From a virus (taxonomy: Duplodnaviria > Caudoviricetes): DNA of 64,000 nucleotides. Location of the stretch: IMG/VR virus record IMGVR_UViG_3300014204_000114, positions 123,795 to 187,794 of that record. One strand, 5' to 3'. Numbering within the stretch: position 1 is the first letter of the stretch; each line of letters begins with the position of its first letter. The notes below the pieces were generated by a model. The model saw nothing but the letters and a program-made list of their open reading frames with translations, searched no databases and was not told where the DNA came from. The translations under genes were made by a program, and so were the position numbers. This document shows, piece by piece, positions 17,982-27,274 of the stretch.

Positions 17982-18800
17982 TTAAAGTTTAAGTTGGTCA
18001 ATAGAGCGTGCTACAAAGAGTGACAATTCCCCATTAGATTCTTTATTTAGGAACTTCTCTATCATTTTTCTCACTCCACCTTCAGATTCGTATTGGTACG
18101 GCGCGCCATCTATAACTATATCTCTAACTGTTTTAAATTTATGTTGTCTGTACTCATCTAATGAGACTATAAAATCCCGATCTTCGAATTCAAAGGCATC
18201 TCTTATAGCTGATAGGGTTATCATTATATCTCCGACACTACTTTTATACATTATCCTAGACCATATCGGAACCTTCTTCGAATCTGGCAGTTCGTTATAA
18301 TAAAGCAGTTGTAAATCTTTTACATTTAAAGCGTGCAGCACACTAAAGATATGACTTCCAGACATGGTCAGTATGCTCTCTCTTCTTGTACGTCCGCACT
18401 GGAGAGATCTTATATGTATCTGATGATGCTTTTTATCATCTAAAACAGACCTTATTTTTAGAAGTTTATCGCTAACTGAGTTTAAGTAATCGATAGTCAA
18501 TGTCAGATTTTGTTCTCTTGCTAAGGTAACTAACTCTTCTGTTTGGAATAAAGTCTCAGTAAAAATCTTTTCGCAGAATACATTCTTACCGCCAAGAAGC
18601 ATCTTCTTTGTTATCTCGTAATGAGTAGGAACTGGCGTGGCTATAAAAACATGTGAGATGTTATTATCTTTGGCTACGTCATCTATTGTTACGGCAGACG
18701 AAGTATTAACCTGTATAACTTTCGAGGTATCATAAAAGCTAGACAGCTCTTTTAGTATAACAGAGCCCCAATGTTTATTGCCTATTAGCGCATAACTCAT
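17982..18800 (-). CDS. Gfo/Idh/MocA-family oxidoreductase
   Basis: HVFIATPVPTHY..GKNVFCEK; Rossmann start LIGNKHWG (GxGxxG degenerate). Confidence 0.8.
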   Translation of the reverse strand: MSYALIGNKHWGSVILKELSSFYDTSKVIQVNTSSAVTIDDVAKDNNISHVFIATPVPTHYEITKKMLLGGKNVFCEKIFTETLFQTEELVTLAREQNLTLTIDYLNSVSDKLLKIRSVLDDKKHHQIHIRSLQCGRTRRESILTMSGSHIFSVLHALNVKDLQLLYYNELPDSKKVPIWSRIMYKSSVGDIMITLSAIRDAFEFEDRDFIVSLDEYRQHKFKTVRDIVIDGAPYQYESEGGVRKMIEKFLNKESNGELSLFVARSIDQLKL

Positions 18801-18802
18801 AT

Positions 18803-19348
18803 CTATCTTTTCCAGAAGTTAGGATTTATATTATACTGCTCATCAGTAATATTAAATATAGATTTTATGATGTCTTTTGTTAGTAGGCCCCAATTAGGTT
18901 CTTGGTTCGTGACACTTAGACCACTCCTAGTCAGCAAGTTAGTCCTGACTATCTCGTATTTACTCCTTGACTTTAAGACTTTGCATGGGGAGCCAGCAGC
19001 AATACAGTCAGAAGGAATACTTTTAGTCACAACACTACCAGCGCCTATAATCGTTCTGTCTCCTATCTTAACTCCTGGCAAGATAATACATCCGAAACCT
19101 ATCCATACATCATGCCCTATATGCACCCCAATCCACCCATCATCCATCCCAGTAATAGGACAATGGCAACATATCCTAGTGTCCCCGCCTACAACCGTAA
19201 AATCGCCAATTCTTATATCTACTGGCTTCCCGGGCTTTGGAACTCTAGTATCAAGAAAGCCCCAAATTCTAGCCCCCTCACCAATTTTACAACCTAGCTT
19301 CACATACTTATCATTTTCAACTTGTGTTAAACTTATTATTTTAGCCAT
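18803..19348 (-). CDS. hexapeptide-repeat (LbH) O-acetyltransferase
   Basis: VHIGHDVWIG..ILPGVKIGDRTIIGAGSVVTKSIP..AAGSPCK. Confidence 0.9.
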   Translation of the reverse strand: MAKIISLTQVENDKYVKLGCKIGEGARIWGFLDTRVPKPGKPVDIRIGDFTVVGGDTRICCHCPITGMDDGWIGVHIGHDVWIGFGCIILPGVKIGDRTIIGAGSVVTKSIPSDCIAAGSPCKVLKSRSKYEIVRTNLLTRSGLSVTNQEPNWGLLTKDIIKSIFNITDEQYNINPNFWKR

Positions 19349-20516
19349 TTTGTAGCCTCTTGTAAGTTGTATTTATTTCTAGCCCTTGCCTATTACATCG
19401 CAACCCCTTAGAAAAACACATCTTTTCGCAATCAAAATTTGGGTTATAATTAGATAGTACTATCTTATTAAACTCTTCTACATCGTCAGTGATTTTCCCA
19501 AGTCTACATTGTTTGCCGGTTGGAGTCGAAACAGTAGAACACTTATATGCGTATCCGTCTGCCCCATATGTTATTTGATAATATCCATAAATACATTGTT
19601 TGAAATTAAACCTATCAACATCTGTAAATTCTGGTCCAGTATAAAAAATATAAGGTTTGTCGTTTTGGCTCAAGGACAAGTAAGGAGCTAGCATTTCTCG
19701 GTACTTTGTACCTAACGGAATCTCTATGCTCTCTTTGTATTGTCTTATCTTTTCGAACGATTGGTTATAGTTGCCGAACGGTATCGAAAACCTTAGAGAG
19801 TCTACCTGGTGGTCTTTTGCCCAATTAACTATCGAAGCAAAATCTTCAGTAGTTCCGCTATGTTTTGAGATAAGATAACACAGTCTAATCGCATGCGTCG
19901 GTTTGTACTTTTTTCTAGCCTCCAAACAAGCTTCTAAACTACTAAGAATCTCTTCGAACCAATGTATATTCTTAGTGCCTTTTGTTTTCCCCCATGAAGT
20001 TGGCAACCCTGCATCTAAACTAACTGACAGATAATCAGTTTCGTCAGTAGCTAATCTATTTAATTCTTCTGCGAAACCAAAATTATCTATCAGTGCCTTA
20101 AGAGCTACTCCGTTAGTATGTATGCCAAAATGGTTACCATACTTCTTTGTCATTGCTATATAAGCCAAGAAGTAGGGGTTCATCAAAGGCTCTGTATAAG
20201 CTCCGCCATATATATGATACGGAATTTTACCTTCTAGCTTATCTAACAAACTCAGACCTTTTATTTCCCAGCGGTCTAATGCGTGATCGAAATATTTCCC
20301 CCCACAATGTGAGCAGTGTAGTTGGCACTTACTTAAATGATTGCCTGGCAAATGGATTTCAAACTGGCGCGGATATATTAAATCGCCATTAAAAAATGCA
20401 TCAATACTGTTACTGGTAGAAGTTAAGTGCTCCTCTAGCTGTTTCCAATATAAATAATAATCAGGTCGTGGGTCTACTGAATTTTGTTCCATTTGACAAC
20501 ACCTTATAGGATTCAT
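19341..20516 (-). CDS. radical SAM enzyme with C-terminal Cys-rich (SPASM/twitch-like) domain
   Basis: CQLHCSHC, GG..EPLMNP, HTNG, SVSLDAG; C-terminal CIYG..YKC..C..C. Confidence 0.88.
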   Translation of the reverse strand: MNPIRCCQMEQNSVDPRPDYYLYWKQLEEHLTSTSNSIDAFFNGDLIYPRQFEIHLPGNHLSKCQLHCSHCGGKYFDHALDRWEIKGLSLLDKLEGKIPYHIYGGAYTEPLMNPYFLAYIAMTKKYGNHFGIHTNGVALKALIDNFGFAEELNRLATDETDYLSVSLDAGLPTSWGKTKGTKNIHWFEEILSSLEACLEARKKYKPTHAIRLCYLISKHSGTTEDFASIVNWAKDHQVDSLRFSIPFGNYNQSFEKIRQYKESIEIPLGTKYREMLAPYLSLSQNDKPYIFYTGPEFTDVDRFNFKQCIYGYYQITYGADGYAYKCSTVSTPTGKQCRLGKITDDVEEFNKIVLSNYNPNFDCEKMCFSKGLRCNRQGLEINTTYKRLQNG

Positions 20517-21291
20517 CTGTAGTTTCTAAAATACCTATCAAGTCTTCCATAGCTTTATATACTCTTATGTAATCTTTGCCGTGCTGCTCAAAGTGTTTCA
20601 TCCAATGAGTATTCATAGCTTTTAGTTCGTAAGCTCTATGAAAGAGTTTATACATAAGTCTATCTCTCCTTTCTTGGTACCCTGGAGAGTTTAGATAAGT
20701 CTTAAAGTTGTCATGTAACAAGTATATGTTACTATCCCCATATTTAAGTTTTAGTTGAGGGTCTATACCTTGATGTATCATCCCAACAATTGGGACTCTA
20801 TGCTTTCTATTAATGATTCTGCAAGCCTGCACAAATCTTTCTACGACGCCGTCTGCTGATCTTTTATTCAACATAAAAGTATTATAAACGCTACAAGACG
20901 TGTCTAATTTTTTTTGATCTTCGGGTATGTATATCCTAAAATCCGAATTTAGAGAAAATACCCAATCGTTTTTCGGGTCGCACATATTAATACCTAGCAT
21001 CTCTAATTCGCTGAAGCCATGCGTATATATCCATCCTAAAGGAATATGCACAACTTTGTACCCCTGATCTATACACCATTGAGTGGTACCGTCATTTGAA
21101 TCATTATCCAGTATGACTACCTCATTAACAAACGGGAGAATACTATTTATCATCTCTTTAAGATGCCCTAACTGGCTAGAAGTATGGCACAGCAACGACA
21201 TGCCTCCAAGATCTGCATACTGACATGGATACTTATAATTGAGTAAGTAAGGGTACAGATCAGTAATACTTTTATTAATTTCGTTAGGCAT
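20461..21291 (-). CDS. GT2 (GT-A) glycosyltransferase, SunS/beta-1,4-GT-like
   Basis: NEVVILDNDSNDGT, DWVFSLNSD (DxD position reads NSD), GMIHQ. Confidence 0.75.
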   Translation of the reverse strand: MPNEINKSITDLYPYLLNYKYPCQYADLGGMSLLCHTSSQLGHLKEMINSILPFVNEVVILDNDSNDGTTQWCIDQGYKVVHIPLGWIYTHGFSELEMLGINMCDPKNDWVFSLNSDFRIYIPEDQKKLDTSCSVYNTFMLNKRSADGVVERFVQACRIINRKHRVPIVGMIHQGIDPQLKLKYGDSNIYLLHDNFKTYLNSPGYQERRDRLMYKLFHRAYELKAMNTHWMKHFEQHGKDYIRVYKAMEDLIGILETTDESYKVLSNGTKFSRPTT

Positions 21292-21297
21292 TTTACA

Positions 21298-21675
21298 TTA
21301 AGCTTTTATGTATTTTATAATCTTTGCTGGATTACCGACTACGACAGCATTTGCGGCGACGTCCTTAGTTACTACAGACCCTGCCCCTACTACCGCATTC
21401 TCTCCTATAGTAACTCCCGGTAATATAATAGAGAAAGAGGCAACCCATACTCCATCTTTTATTACCACAGACTTATTATATATAGCTGTTTGTCTTTTAA
21501 AACCAAGCTCCATATAGTCGTGATACCCAGTCAAAATTTTAACTCCATGCCCAAAAAATACGTTATCTCCTATAAAAATCTCGCCATTAGTATCTAAAAA
21601 TGCATCATTTAAAATTACATTTTTACCTATATGTATTTTATCATAATTATTCAAATATACTATAGTCTTTTCCAT
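21298..21675 (-). CDS. hexapeptide-repeat (LbH) acyltransferase
   Basis: IGDNVFFGHGVKILTGYH..ILPGVTIGENAVVGAGSVVTKDV..VGNPAK. Confidence 0.9.
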   Translation of the reverse strand: MEKTIVYLNNYDKIHIGKNVILNDAFLDTNGEIFIGDNVFFGHGVKILTGYHDYMELGFKRQTAIYNKSVVIKDGVWVASFSIILPGVTIGENAVVGAGSVVTKDVAANAVVVGNPAKIIKYIKA

Positions 21676-22142
21676 TACTTGAACCCTATAGCTAGAAAAT
21701 TTACAAGATCAGTTTCTTTAGGTCCATCAGTTATTTCGATATTTTTAAATCCTATTTTCTCTAAAATTTGCTTCATTGTAGCTTTTGTGTAACACCATTT
21801 ATGGTAATTATATTCATACTCCTGTCCGCCATAAAGATGCTTAAAAAATAATTCAAGCTGATTTTTTAAATACAAATTGATATATACTCTATCAAAATCT
21901 ATTGTCCTTATAAACAGCTTCCCGTTAGGCGATAAGACTCTATACCATTCCTTAAGGAGAGGCTCCTGTTCGGCCTTAGAAAAATGCTCTATAATATCAC
22001 TGGCGTAAATCTCGTTTGCTGAACAGTCAGGATAGTCCAGCTCTCTAACATCCATACGTTTGATGCCAGGAATATCACGTATATCTATATTAACATATCC
22101 TTCTTTAAGGTCAAAACCGGAACCTAAATTCAGTTTCATCAC
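21675..22142 (-). CDS. class I SAM methyltransferase (Methyltransf_11-like)
   Basis: KLNLGSG..GYVNID, IYASDIIEH, EWYRVLSPNG. Confidence 0.88.
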   Translation of the reverse strand: MMKLNLGSGFDLKEGYVNIDIRDIPGIKRMDVRELDYPDCSANEIYASDIIEHFSKAEQEPLLKEWYRVLSPNGKLFIRTIDFDRVYINLYLKNQLELFFKHLYGGQEYEYNYHKWCYTKATMKQILEKIGFKNIEITDGPKETDLVNFLAIGFK

Positions 22143-22963
22143 TTTTCCCCAAATAAAACTATTCCCGATAAATGACCGAGTTTAGTTTCGCTAGTAGATT
22201 TCAATTGAAGATTTAATTTCGCGCCAGCAGTAATATATTCGTTTATAGAGGGTCTGAATTCATGCACTCCAAATTCGATTTCTTTGCTCATTAAATGCTT
22301 ATACTTGTTTATGTAGTCTTTTTCCGTTATGTCTTCTGGACGATAAGCTTCATTAAGAGCATAAAATCTCCCACCAGGTTTTAAAATTTTATAAACTTGA
22401 TTTGAAAGAAGCGATAAATCCGACGCGTGATGCAAAGCATCTAATGTAAAGATTATATCAATACTGTCTTCTTTAAAAGGGAGATTGAGCATATCAGAAA
22501 TGACACAATCAAAATCAATGTTAAATTTTTCTTTATAAGCAGCCGTCCTACCTAATCCCATAATCGGATCGTCATTACAATCTAAAGCTATAAGATTAGC
22601 GTTAGGATATTTTGTATTAAGTATATAAGCTTCAGCCCATCCTAGGCAAGCTCCAATATCAAGAACTACTTTACCATTTAGGTCTTCTACTCCTAGTAAA
22701 TAATCCAGATGTTCTTTCGGAGCCTTATAATATTTCTCAGGTAATTCAAATTGCCATTCGCCCGTAAAATACATCCCGAGATCTTTAAATACATTTATCC
22801 AAGCCGTCTTCTCTTTTTCGCACTCGTTATATGTTGGATTTTCTTGATCTAAAAGATAATAAAGTCCATTTTTGAATACGCCTTTATGCCCACAAGAACA
22901 GACAAGATCGTCTGATAATTTTGATTTACATTTAGGGCAGCATAATATGTCTCTAATATCCAT
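22139..22963 (-). CDS. class I SAM methyltransferase with N-terminal Trm112-like Zn finger
   Basis: ILCCPKC..CSCG; VLDIGACLGW; LPFKEDSID..ALHH; ILKPGG. Confidence 0.88.
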   Translation of the reverse strand: MDIRDILCCPKCKSKLSDDLVCSCGHKGVFKNGLYYLLDQENPTYNECEKEKTAWINVFKDLGMYFTGEWQFELPEKYYKAPKEHLDYLLGVEDLNGKVVLDIGACLGWAEAYILNTKYPNANLIALDCNDDPIMGLGRTAAYKEKFNIDFDCVISDMLNLPFKEDSIDIIFTLDALHHASDLSLLSNQVYKILKPGGRFYALNEAYRPEDITEKDYINKYKHLMSKEIEFGVHEFRPSINEYITAGAKLNLQLKSTSETKLGHLSGIVLFGEK

Positions 22964-23760
22964 TATTTTATAACCTTATCTACGTAGCTACTATAGAGCC
23001 AGTCAGGACGTACGTATTGTTCTTTCTGTGTTGCGTTTTTAGCTAATATAAAAATATACTGTCCATGATTTTTATATGAACTTCTCTCGTCTATATCTAT
23101 ATTCTCGCCATAATAAGGATGCACATCTCGCGTGAATATTTTTTCTATTTCAAAGCCAAGTTCGCCAAGAAGCTCTTTTAATTCCTCTACAGTATACTCT
23201 CTATTATGTCTGCCATAAGAGCCATTAGCAGAGTAAGGATCGTAGAAATTTTTACCATTTAAAACTTTTACCACGTTCTCGTGTCGTACAGCATTAGGAG
23301 TGGTGAGAATCATATATCCATTAGGTTTAATACTTTTCTTCACATTCAAGAGAGCTGCCATAGGGTCATTAGTCATATGTTCTAATATCTCACAGAAGAA
23401 AACAAGATCGAACTCTTTATCATATGGCGTCTCATTTTCTATATTAAAATGACTGAAAGCTAAAGGAATAACGCCAGCGCCATTTATCTCTTTTACTTCC
23501 TGTATTCCTCCTGCACCAAACGTAGATCCGAAATAATTAGCAAATCTCATATGTAGTTTAGTATGTCTGAGCAAGAGCAGGCTTAAGTAATAAGGGTTAG
23601 CTCCAAGTTCTAAAGCTTCGCCTTCCTGGATTGGAATTAAATCCATTGTATAAATCAAGCGCTTGAGGGACGTGTTCAAATATCCCATCATAGCATCTAC
23701 TGGGGCGTCGGCTACGCAAAATTTAGAAAGTAAATTTCTTACTTCTCTTTCATCCAACAT
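22963..23760 (-). CDS. class I SAM methyltransferase
   Basis: ALELGANPY, FDLVFFCEILEH, LTTPN, HNREYT. Confidence 0.88.
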   Translation of the reverse strand: MLDEREVRNLLSKFCVADAPVDAMMGYLNTSLKRLIYTMDLIPIQEGEALELGANPYYLSLLLLRHTKLHMRFANYFGSTFGAGGIQEVKEINGAGVIPLAFSHFNIENETPYDKEFDLVFFCEILEHMTNDPMAALLNVKKSIKPNGYMILTTPNAVRHENVVKVLNGKNFYDPYSANGSYGRHNREYTVEELKELLGELGFEIEKIFTRDVHPYYGENIDIDERSSYKNHGQYIFILAKNATQKEQYVRPDWLYSSYVDKVIK

Positions 23761-24880
23761 TTATAGCCTCCAGTCTGTTTTTCATAAGCTGGCCGACCGT
23801 AGTGAAGTTATAATTAGCTAACATGTCTTTACGAGCTTTTTCGCCCTTTTTTATTGCCTCTTCGCGGTTTTCGTATACATGCCTCATTAAGTCTCTGCAA
23901 TGTAATGTATGAGGTTGAGCCCAGTTTTGATTCCCATTATATAATCCGCACCAAGGCATATGAGCTACGGGGACTTCGTGGCAGTCTATTAAGTATGAAT
24001 TAGATTCATTCATAAAATCTAAGTGAGAGGAGTAATTTGTAGCTATACAAGGCTTACCCATTAGCATAGCCTCGGCATAAGGCATACCAAAACCTTCGGC
24101 CCGGGTAGGCAGAACAAAACAATCCCCAAGAGCATTAAGTCTTATCATATCTTCTTTAGGTAAAATATTACCTATAAAATATACAGGGGGATAATTCTGC
24201 ATATTCATATCTATCTTCATTCTTTGGATTTCGCTTTTTATGATATTCTGTTCGCTTTGGGAATCGTTGGAGCGGTACGACTTTATTATCAGAACTACTT
24301 TATCATTAGAAGTAAACGCTGCATAATAAGCTTTTAAAAGCCCCAAAAAATTCTTGCGTTCCGTCCATTGCCCTATAGCATAAAATTTATAAGCATCAGG
24401 GCCCAATCCATCTATCTTCAAAGGTTCTATTTTAGGATCGTATTCACTTATATCGAGAGGAGTAGGCATTACAGTTATAGGAATTTTTATGCCGTCTCTT
24501 TTATATGTCTCCGCGTTCCATTTGCACGAAGCCCAAATTTCCTGCATGAAAGGAGTGTTCTGTATCCAAAGTTCCGGAGTTTTACTTGTCTCCCAGTAAG
24601 GAAACGAAATATTATACTTAAGTTGTTCGTGGAACTTTTTGCAGTGTTCCATACCTACATGCATTATAACGAATTGATAAGGTATAGATCTATCTACTAA
24701 AGACTTAACTATCTCTCCGGTCTTACCGTAATCAGTTCTTGCTTTGTCCCAACTAACCACTTTAACAGTAACGTCAACTCCTGCTTTATGAAGCGCCGCG
24801 ATACAATTTCTATTAGCTTCTGCGTATCCAGAAGGATCAAATACGGGACCTATGTACTTTACACCTATTCTTTTAGTCAC
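23750..24880 (-). CDS. GT4 (GT-B) glycosyltransferase
   Basis: SGYAEA, WET, ERKN, PTRAEGFGMPYAEAMLMGKPCIAT. Confidence 0.92.
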   Translation of the reverse strand: MTKRIGVKYIGPVFDPSGYAEANRNCIAALHKAGVDVTVKVVSWDKARTDYGKTGEIVKSLVDRSIPYQFVIMHVGMEHCKKFHEQLKYNISFPYWETSKTPELWIQNTPFMQEIWASCKWNAETYKRDGIKIPITVMPTPLDISEYDPKIEPLKIDGLGPDAYKFYAIGQWTERKNFLGLLKAYYAAFTSNDKVVLIIKSYRSNDSQSEQNIIKSEIQRMKIDMNMQNYPPVYFIGNILPKEDMIRLNALGDCFVLPTRAEGFGMPYAEAMLMGKPCIATNYSSHLDFMNESNSYLIDCHEVPVAHMPWCGLYNGNQNWAQPHTLHCRDLMRHVYENREEAIKKGEKARKDMLANYNFTTVGQLMKNRLEAINVG

Positions 24881-26157
24881 TACATTACCTTTGCTTTGGT
24901 GATTAATTCTTGTTTTGATTTTAACGCGGCTTTAATAAAAACTTCTTTCCATTTCTCACAAACATTTTGCCAGCTGTTATCTATACAAAACTGTTTGGCG
25001 TTTTTCTTTACCTCTTCAATTTTAGGATCGTTACTCTTAACCATATTATATACCAGATCCATTTTCTCGACAAGGTCTTCTACGTTAGTTTGAGGTCTGA
25101 ATCCTGAAGAATCAACTACTGTCATATTAGAAAGAATATCACCTGACTTTACTAGGAAGCCGCGCTCGGAATTTTCTCCTAAGATCTCAGCGAGAGAAGT
25201 ATTATTGGGGCCTATATAGATACACTCGGACGACATGCATTCTGTGGTCGTCAAAGACCATCCTTCACCTAGGGTAGTACTCACAAATGCGTCCGCAGCA
25301 TTGTAAACCATATTGATATACGAGTCTGTGTAAGCAGGGTTCTTATAAATACCCATCGGCATATTTACGCACTTCTCGCTAAAGTTTAAATCCGCAGCAA
25401 TCTGAATAAGATTCAGTCCGTTATCTATTGGGTCCGCGTGAATATATAATATGTTATCCTGATGTTTTTCCCTAAAAGCCCTGTAGGCTAACAGAGTTCT
25501 CGCTATGTCTTTCCTTAAGCTGTTTCTATTTACATTAACAAATAAGAACTTATCTTCGGGGACTTTAAGTATGTCTCTTCGAAATACCTTTATGACATCC
25601 CTGTCAGGTATTTTATGGTAGATATTCCCATCTACTCCATGGTAGATATATGCAAGCTTTTCAAAGACTTGCGGCGGGAGAGTTTTCTTACACTCGTCCA
25701 TTGCAAACTTAGTATATGTTACGGGAAAGTCCGCGGCCTCTACCATTCCCATATGTTGTTTCTGCAGATGACAGTCAATAGGAAAGTAATAGACTAAAGA
25801 GAAGTGTTTTCTTTTATTCCCTGCGAGATTAGCCTGAATCTGAACTAACTTTTCAGCTACATGACTTACAGAGAACGTATCATTAATGATAAAAATAACA
25901 TCGTATTTTCCGGACTGAGCGAACTCAAGGAAGGCTTTAGAGCCATATGGATCTTTTGAGTCTTTTAAAATCGCAGGAACTATCTGATAAGGGAACTCTT
26001 CTCTGTTGTAAAAGTCGCCGAAAAAATTTATAGCGAACTGATCAAATTCAAAAAGTCCGGTTGAGTAAACATGCTTAAGAATATTACGAGCTACATTTCC
26101 AAACCCCGTTCTTGCTGTTACGGAGTCTGACCATACCAGTACATTGTACTTTTCCAT
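24880..26157 (-). CDS. GT4 (GT-B) glycosyltransferase
   Basis: TGFGNV, IYHGVD, NRNSLRKD, TTLGEGWSLTTTECM. Confidence 0.9.
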   Translation of the reverse strand: MEKYNVLVWSDSVTARTGFGNVARNILKHVYSTGLFEFDQFAINFFGDFYNREEFPYQIVPAILKDSKDPYGSKAFLEFAQSGKYDVIFIINDTFSVSHVAEKLVQIQANLAGNKRKHFSLVYYFPIDCHLQKQHMGMVEAADFPVTYTKFAMDECKKTLPPQVFEKLAYIYHGVDGNIYHKIPDRDVIKVFRRDILKVPEDKFLFVNVNRNSLRKDIARTLLAYRAFREKHQDNILYIHADPIDNGLNLIQIAADLNFSEKCVNMPMGIYKNPAYTDSYINMVYNAADAFVSTTLGEGWSLTTTECMSSECIYIGPNNTSLAEILGENSERGFLVKSGDILSNMTVVDSSGFRPQTNVEDLVEKMDLVYNMVKSNDPKIEEVKKNAKQFCIDNSWQNVCEKWKEVFIKAALKSKQELITKAKVM

Positions 26158-26167
26158 ATTACCCTTT

Positions 26168-27274
26168 CTAAAGTATGTCAGCTTTTATTAAATCTGTTGC
26201 TATTTGAAGTGTTTTAACTTCCTGTTTATAACCTACGCTTATCTTCCCCAATTTACCTAATATATTCTTAGTAAGGTCGAATATTGTATCTTCGTTGAAT
26301 GTTCTCATGCATGCCATTGCGCTTTGGCAATTACCGTACCAACAAGGATAACACGCTAATCTTTTCCCGCCTTCTATAGCTATAATGTTTTTATAGAGGC
26401 TCACCCTTGAAGGAGCATATGTAGGACCAAATATTGCCACCCCAGGCTTCTCCAGAGCCCCTGCAACGTGTAGAAGGCTTGAGTCTGGCACAATGACCAT
26501 ATGACACTCATTAATGACTGCAGCGACCTGTCTGATGCTGTAGTCCTTCATTTCCGTAACTCGATCAAAGCTCCATCTGGTTTTATACTTATTTGAATAG
26601 GTAAAGACTATAATAAACGCATTTGGATATTCATTAGTTATCTTAGCTATGGATCTTTTTATGACATTTATGTCAGGGTCTCTTCTGTCTGTAGAAGAGT
26701 TGGCTTGCACGCCTATTATTATTCTGGATGGACTTTTGGTTATGCCGATTTTTTCTATGAATTTCTTAGCCCACTTCTGCTCTTCGTCAGTTACTACATA
26801 GATAGGAAGATAAGAAGAAGGAGAGACTCCCGCATGCTCGGCAAATATTTCCATTCTTGAAGGAGGAGTAGATTTAGGCTGTTCTAGAGCAACACAAGGA
26901 CAAGTCATTCTGGAAAATATATCAAAGCCAGCTTCTCTTACAGCTTTTGAATTTTCTATCTTATCTATAAAAGGGTTATTTAAAAGGATGTCTTTAAGTG
27001 AGCCGTTTAAGTAAGAAGGGTCTACCGCGAATGTAAGGTGGCACCCGGGAAACATTTCCTTATATCCAAGACAAGTAGGAGTGATCATTAAGACGTCGCC
27101 TATACCGCCCCTATCTCTATGGACACATACAGATATTTTCTTCTTACCTTCGATAATGTCTTTTAGTCTGGCCGGTTGGAGATTTAATGAAACTGATTCA
27201 TTGCTGTCCCTATTAGGCTTCAGTACGCCCGGTTTGCTTGGTCTCACTATCCCACCTATCAATCTATTGTTCAT
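26168..27274 (-). CDS. GT9-family (ADP-heptose transferase-like) glycosyltransferase
   Basis: RGGIGDVLMITP, PDSSLLHVAGALEKPGVAIFGPT, CYPCW..C..C. Confidence 0.88.
   Translation of the reverse strand: MNNRLIGGIVRPSKPGVLKPNRDSNESVSLNLQPARLKDIIEGKKKISVCVHRDRGGIGDVLMITPTCLGYKEMFPGCHLTFAVDPSYLNGSLKDILLNNPFIDKIENSKAVREAGFDIFSRMTCPCVALEQPKSTPPSRMEIFAEHAGVSPSSYLPIYVVTDEEQKWAKKFIEKIGITKSPSRIIIGVQANSSTDRRDPDINVIKRSIAKITNEYPNAFIIVFTYSNKYKTRWSFDRVTEMKDYSIRQVAAVINECHMVIVPDSSLLHVAGALEKPGVAIFGPTYAPSRVSLYKNIIAIEGGKRLACYPCWYGNCQSAMACMRTFNEDTIFDLTKNILGKLGKISVGYKQEVKTLQIATDLIKADIL

Noticed and set aside
17982-27274. Host LPS/O-antigen locus, i.e. bacterial chromosome rather than phage
   Set aside because: Cluster is gaplessly embedded between phage tail and holin/primase genes and lacks wzx/wzy/wzm and sugar-synthesis genes
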